Positions 63,515-64,000 of a DNA stretch of 64,000 bases are shown one piece after another. The DNA is from an uncultured Bacteroidota bacterium. GTDB lineage: Bacteria; Bacteroidota; Bacteroidia; Flavobacteriales; BACL11. A program made the translations under genes and the position numbers. The notes beneath the pieces are model-generated. The model made no database searches, had not been told where the DNA came from, and saw nothing but the letters and a program-made list of their open reading frames with translations. Positions within the stretch are counted from its first letter, which is position 1. Every line of letters starts with the position of its first letter. The stretch lies in contig CACIJW010000003.1 in the NCBI GenBank assembly GCA_902587125.1, forward strand, positions 28,378 to 92,377. The letters are read 5' to 3'.

Positions 63515-64000
63515 TTTTTTCATTATGAATGTTCATATTTGGATTAAAATAAACTGCTCTGATTCCAAAATTTTCTGCTCCCAAGATATCTACTTTTAAA
63601 TCATCACCTATCATAATAGAATTTTCTTTATTTGCTTTTGCAGATGTTAACGCAAAACTAAAAATTTTGGGATCAGGTTTCTTTACTCCAATTTTTTCTG
63701 ATGTAATAATCTGATCGAAATAATCTGATAAGCCTGAGGATTTTAATTTTATAATTTGTACTTCTTCAAATCCATTTGTTATGATATGTAAATTGTATTT
63801 ATTTTTTAGATAATCTAAAATTTTAATTGTATTAGGAAAAAGATTTTTTTTCTTTGGACACTTTTTAACATAATAATCAGAAATTTCTATTGACAAATTT
63901 TCATTATAATAATTAAATAGTTCTAATGTCTGCTTAAATCTACTATATCTCAAAAACTCTTTTTTAATTTTTCCAATTCGATATTGATTCCATAAAGTTT
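63468..64000 (-). CDS. HAD-superfamily hydrolase (YjjG-like), 5' end beyond the window
   Basis: The reading frame stays open to nt 64000 (manual: ...TLWNQYRIGKIKKEFLRYSRFKQ). HAD motifs II-IV are present: HIITNG, KKPDPKIF and IGDDLKVDILGA. Motif I must lie off-window. Its 3' end overlaps the aroA 3' end by 47 nt. Confidence 0.75.
   Translation of the reverse strand, partial: TLWNQYRIGKIKKEFLRYSRFKQTLELFNYYNENLSIEISDYYVKKCPKKKNLFPNTIKILDYLKNKYNLHIITNGFEEVQIIKLKSSGLSDYFDQIITSEKIGVKKPDPKIFSFALTSAKANKENSIMIGDDLKVDILGAENFGIRAVYFNPNMNIHNEKISFEIKNLDELISLF

Overview
AT-rich Bacteroidota (Flavobacteriia-like) chromosomal segment. The taxon call rests on T9SS C-terminal sorting domains, SprB-type repeats, TAnnTTTG promoter boxes, no Shine-Dalgarno use, a str operon running fusA->rpsJ without tuf, and a Cys-poor L36. 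(1) nt 1-18334, minus strand: the 5' part of carA, then a complete str-S10-spc-alpha ribosomal superoperon (rpsL through rplQ). It includes rpmJ and rpmD, which fall below the ORF-track size cutoff. (2) nt 18464-38719, minus strand: four co-oriented giant genes, 6,706 aa in total, called G1-G4 here in transcription order. G1 is 38719->35324, G2 is 35246->30348, G3 is 30314->22875, G4 is 22858->18464. All encode signal peptide + SprB-like Cys-containing repeat arrays + a T9SS C-terminal sorting domain, and the domain class alternates B, A, B, A. G2 and G4 share a 2,815-bp direct repeat with only 3 mismatches found. This gives them an identical ~938-aa stalk and tail under unrelated N-terminal heads. 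G3 carries a colinear but diverged version of the same stalk with a different CTD class, plus two copies of a domain I cannot name. This block is the only accessory region and the main candidate for novelty. (3) nt 38780-64000: tightly packed housekeeping genes. They include a UvrD-family helicase, ribF, atpDC, a YiiX-like lipoprotein, a mazG-like gene, dtd, rsgA, a GldA-like ABC ATPase, and metF-metH behind a SAM-I riboswitch that is divergent from metK. Further right are lpdA, an M61 peptidase, hpt, adk, obg, a PAP2 phosphatase, a PafA-like phosphatase, aroB, aroA and a HAD hydrolase. I saw no rRNA, tRNA, CRISPR, transposase or integrase. All family names come from motif recognition by eye; no database search was possible.
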